Part shown: piece after piece, positions 43,062 to 43,452 of the stretch
Layout: the number at the start of each line of letters is the position of its first letter
Position numbering within the stretch: position 1 is the stretch's first letter
Source of the DNA: a virus
Lineage: Duplodnaviria > Caudoviricetes
Strand: one strand, 5' to 3'
Length of the DNA: 43,452 bases
IMG/VR virus record: IMGVR_UViG_3300032272_000027
Span: 1 to 43,452 of that record
Program-made: the position numbers and the translations under genes
The notes under the pieces: generated by a model
Seen by the model: only the letters and a program-made list of their open reading frames with translations
The model's database searches: none
What the model was told of the DNA's origin: nothing

Positions 43062-43355
43062 TCAGTCCCTATCGCCAGGGTCAGCAGCGACTACTTTAGC
43101 TGAACTTTTATAGGTTCTATCCTTGCCAGCGTTAACCACCCAACTGGGCGGCATATCATGCTTTTTAGCCTCCAAGGTGATGTAGTCGTTCCTCGGGTCA
43201 ACCGTGCAGTGAATCCAATACTCTTCCTCACGCATGTGCATCGGCAAATCTGAATGGTTGATTTGGACCTTTCCGCCGCCTGTACGCCAGATCAAAGCCC
43301 ACAGCGCGGCCTTGTCCATGTTCCTAGGAAGCCCTTCGCCTACCCCTAAAATCAT
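43062..43355 (-). CDS. Hypothetical protein
   Basis: Abuts the lipoprotein gene across the circular junction and terS. Confidence 0.6.
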   Translation of the reverse strand: MILGVGEGLPRNMDKAALWALIWRTGGGKVQINHSDLPMHMREEEYWIHCTVDPRNDYITLEAKKHDMPPSWVVNAGKDRTYKSSAKVVAADPGDRD

Positions 43356-43452
43356 CTATACGCTCGCTTTCGTCTTTGCTTCCACAAGTTCAAGATCTCG
43401 GCGGCGGGTTCGGTTTCGCATAGCCGCGAGGATCCCCATACCAACAGCAGTA
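43333..43452. repeat. Direct terminal repeat copy 2
   Basis: Identical to 1-120. Confidence 0.95.

Noticed and set aside
1-43452. Stop-codon reassignment
   Set aside because: Standard-code ORFs tile the genome densely, and TAG, TGA and TAA all end real genes

Overview
The window is a complete, circularly assembled dsDNA phage genome of about 43.3 kb: bases 1-120 are repeated exactly at 43333-43452. It has a podovirus-type virion module of BPP-1/T7-like architecture. Most genes are on the minus strand, in this order: lipoprotein (candidate unimolecular spanin), terS, terL, portal, scaffold, major capsid, two small virion proteins, a 2356-aa multidomain protein ending in a gp11-like tail adaptor, gp12-like nozzle, three ejection proteins, a His-repeat tail fibre and a T4-T-like holin candidate. 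A terminator and a structured 240-nt leader follow, then a recombination/replication block (DUF2800-like nuclease, Sak4-like ATPase, SSB-like protein, ERCC4 nuclease, RNA ligase, DnaB_N/RepA-type helicase with iterons). Next come a shuffled array of small accessory cassettes (Lar, DUF551, MT-A70) and a host-like secreted VWA moron. A short plus-strand block (538-4290) carries a PD-(D/E)XK nuclease, an HExxH protein, a 28-bp dif-like XerC/D site, an XRE-HTH regulator and small acidic early genes. I could not recognise an integrase, DNA or RNA polymerase, primase or endolysin. The main leads are (1) a tail adaptor fused to about 2150 aa of glycosidase/lectin/Ig cargo, (2) a dif-like site in an integrase-less tailed phage, (3) a C4/CI-like antisense leader RNA with possible trans targets, (4) an exact 17-bp junction shared by shuffled accessory genes, and (5) a helicase gene that carries its own iterons. 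A Planctomycetota host is inferred but unproven. All family assignments come from motif recognition by eye; no database searches were run.
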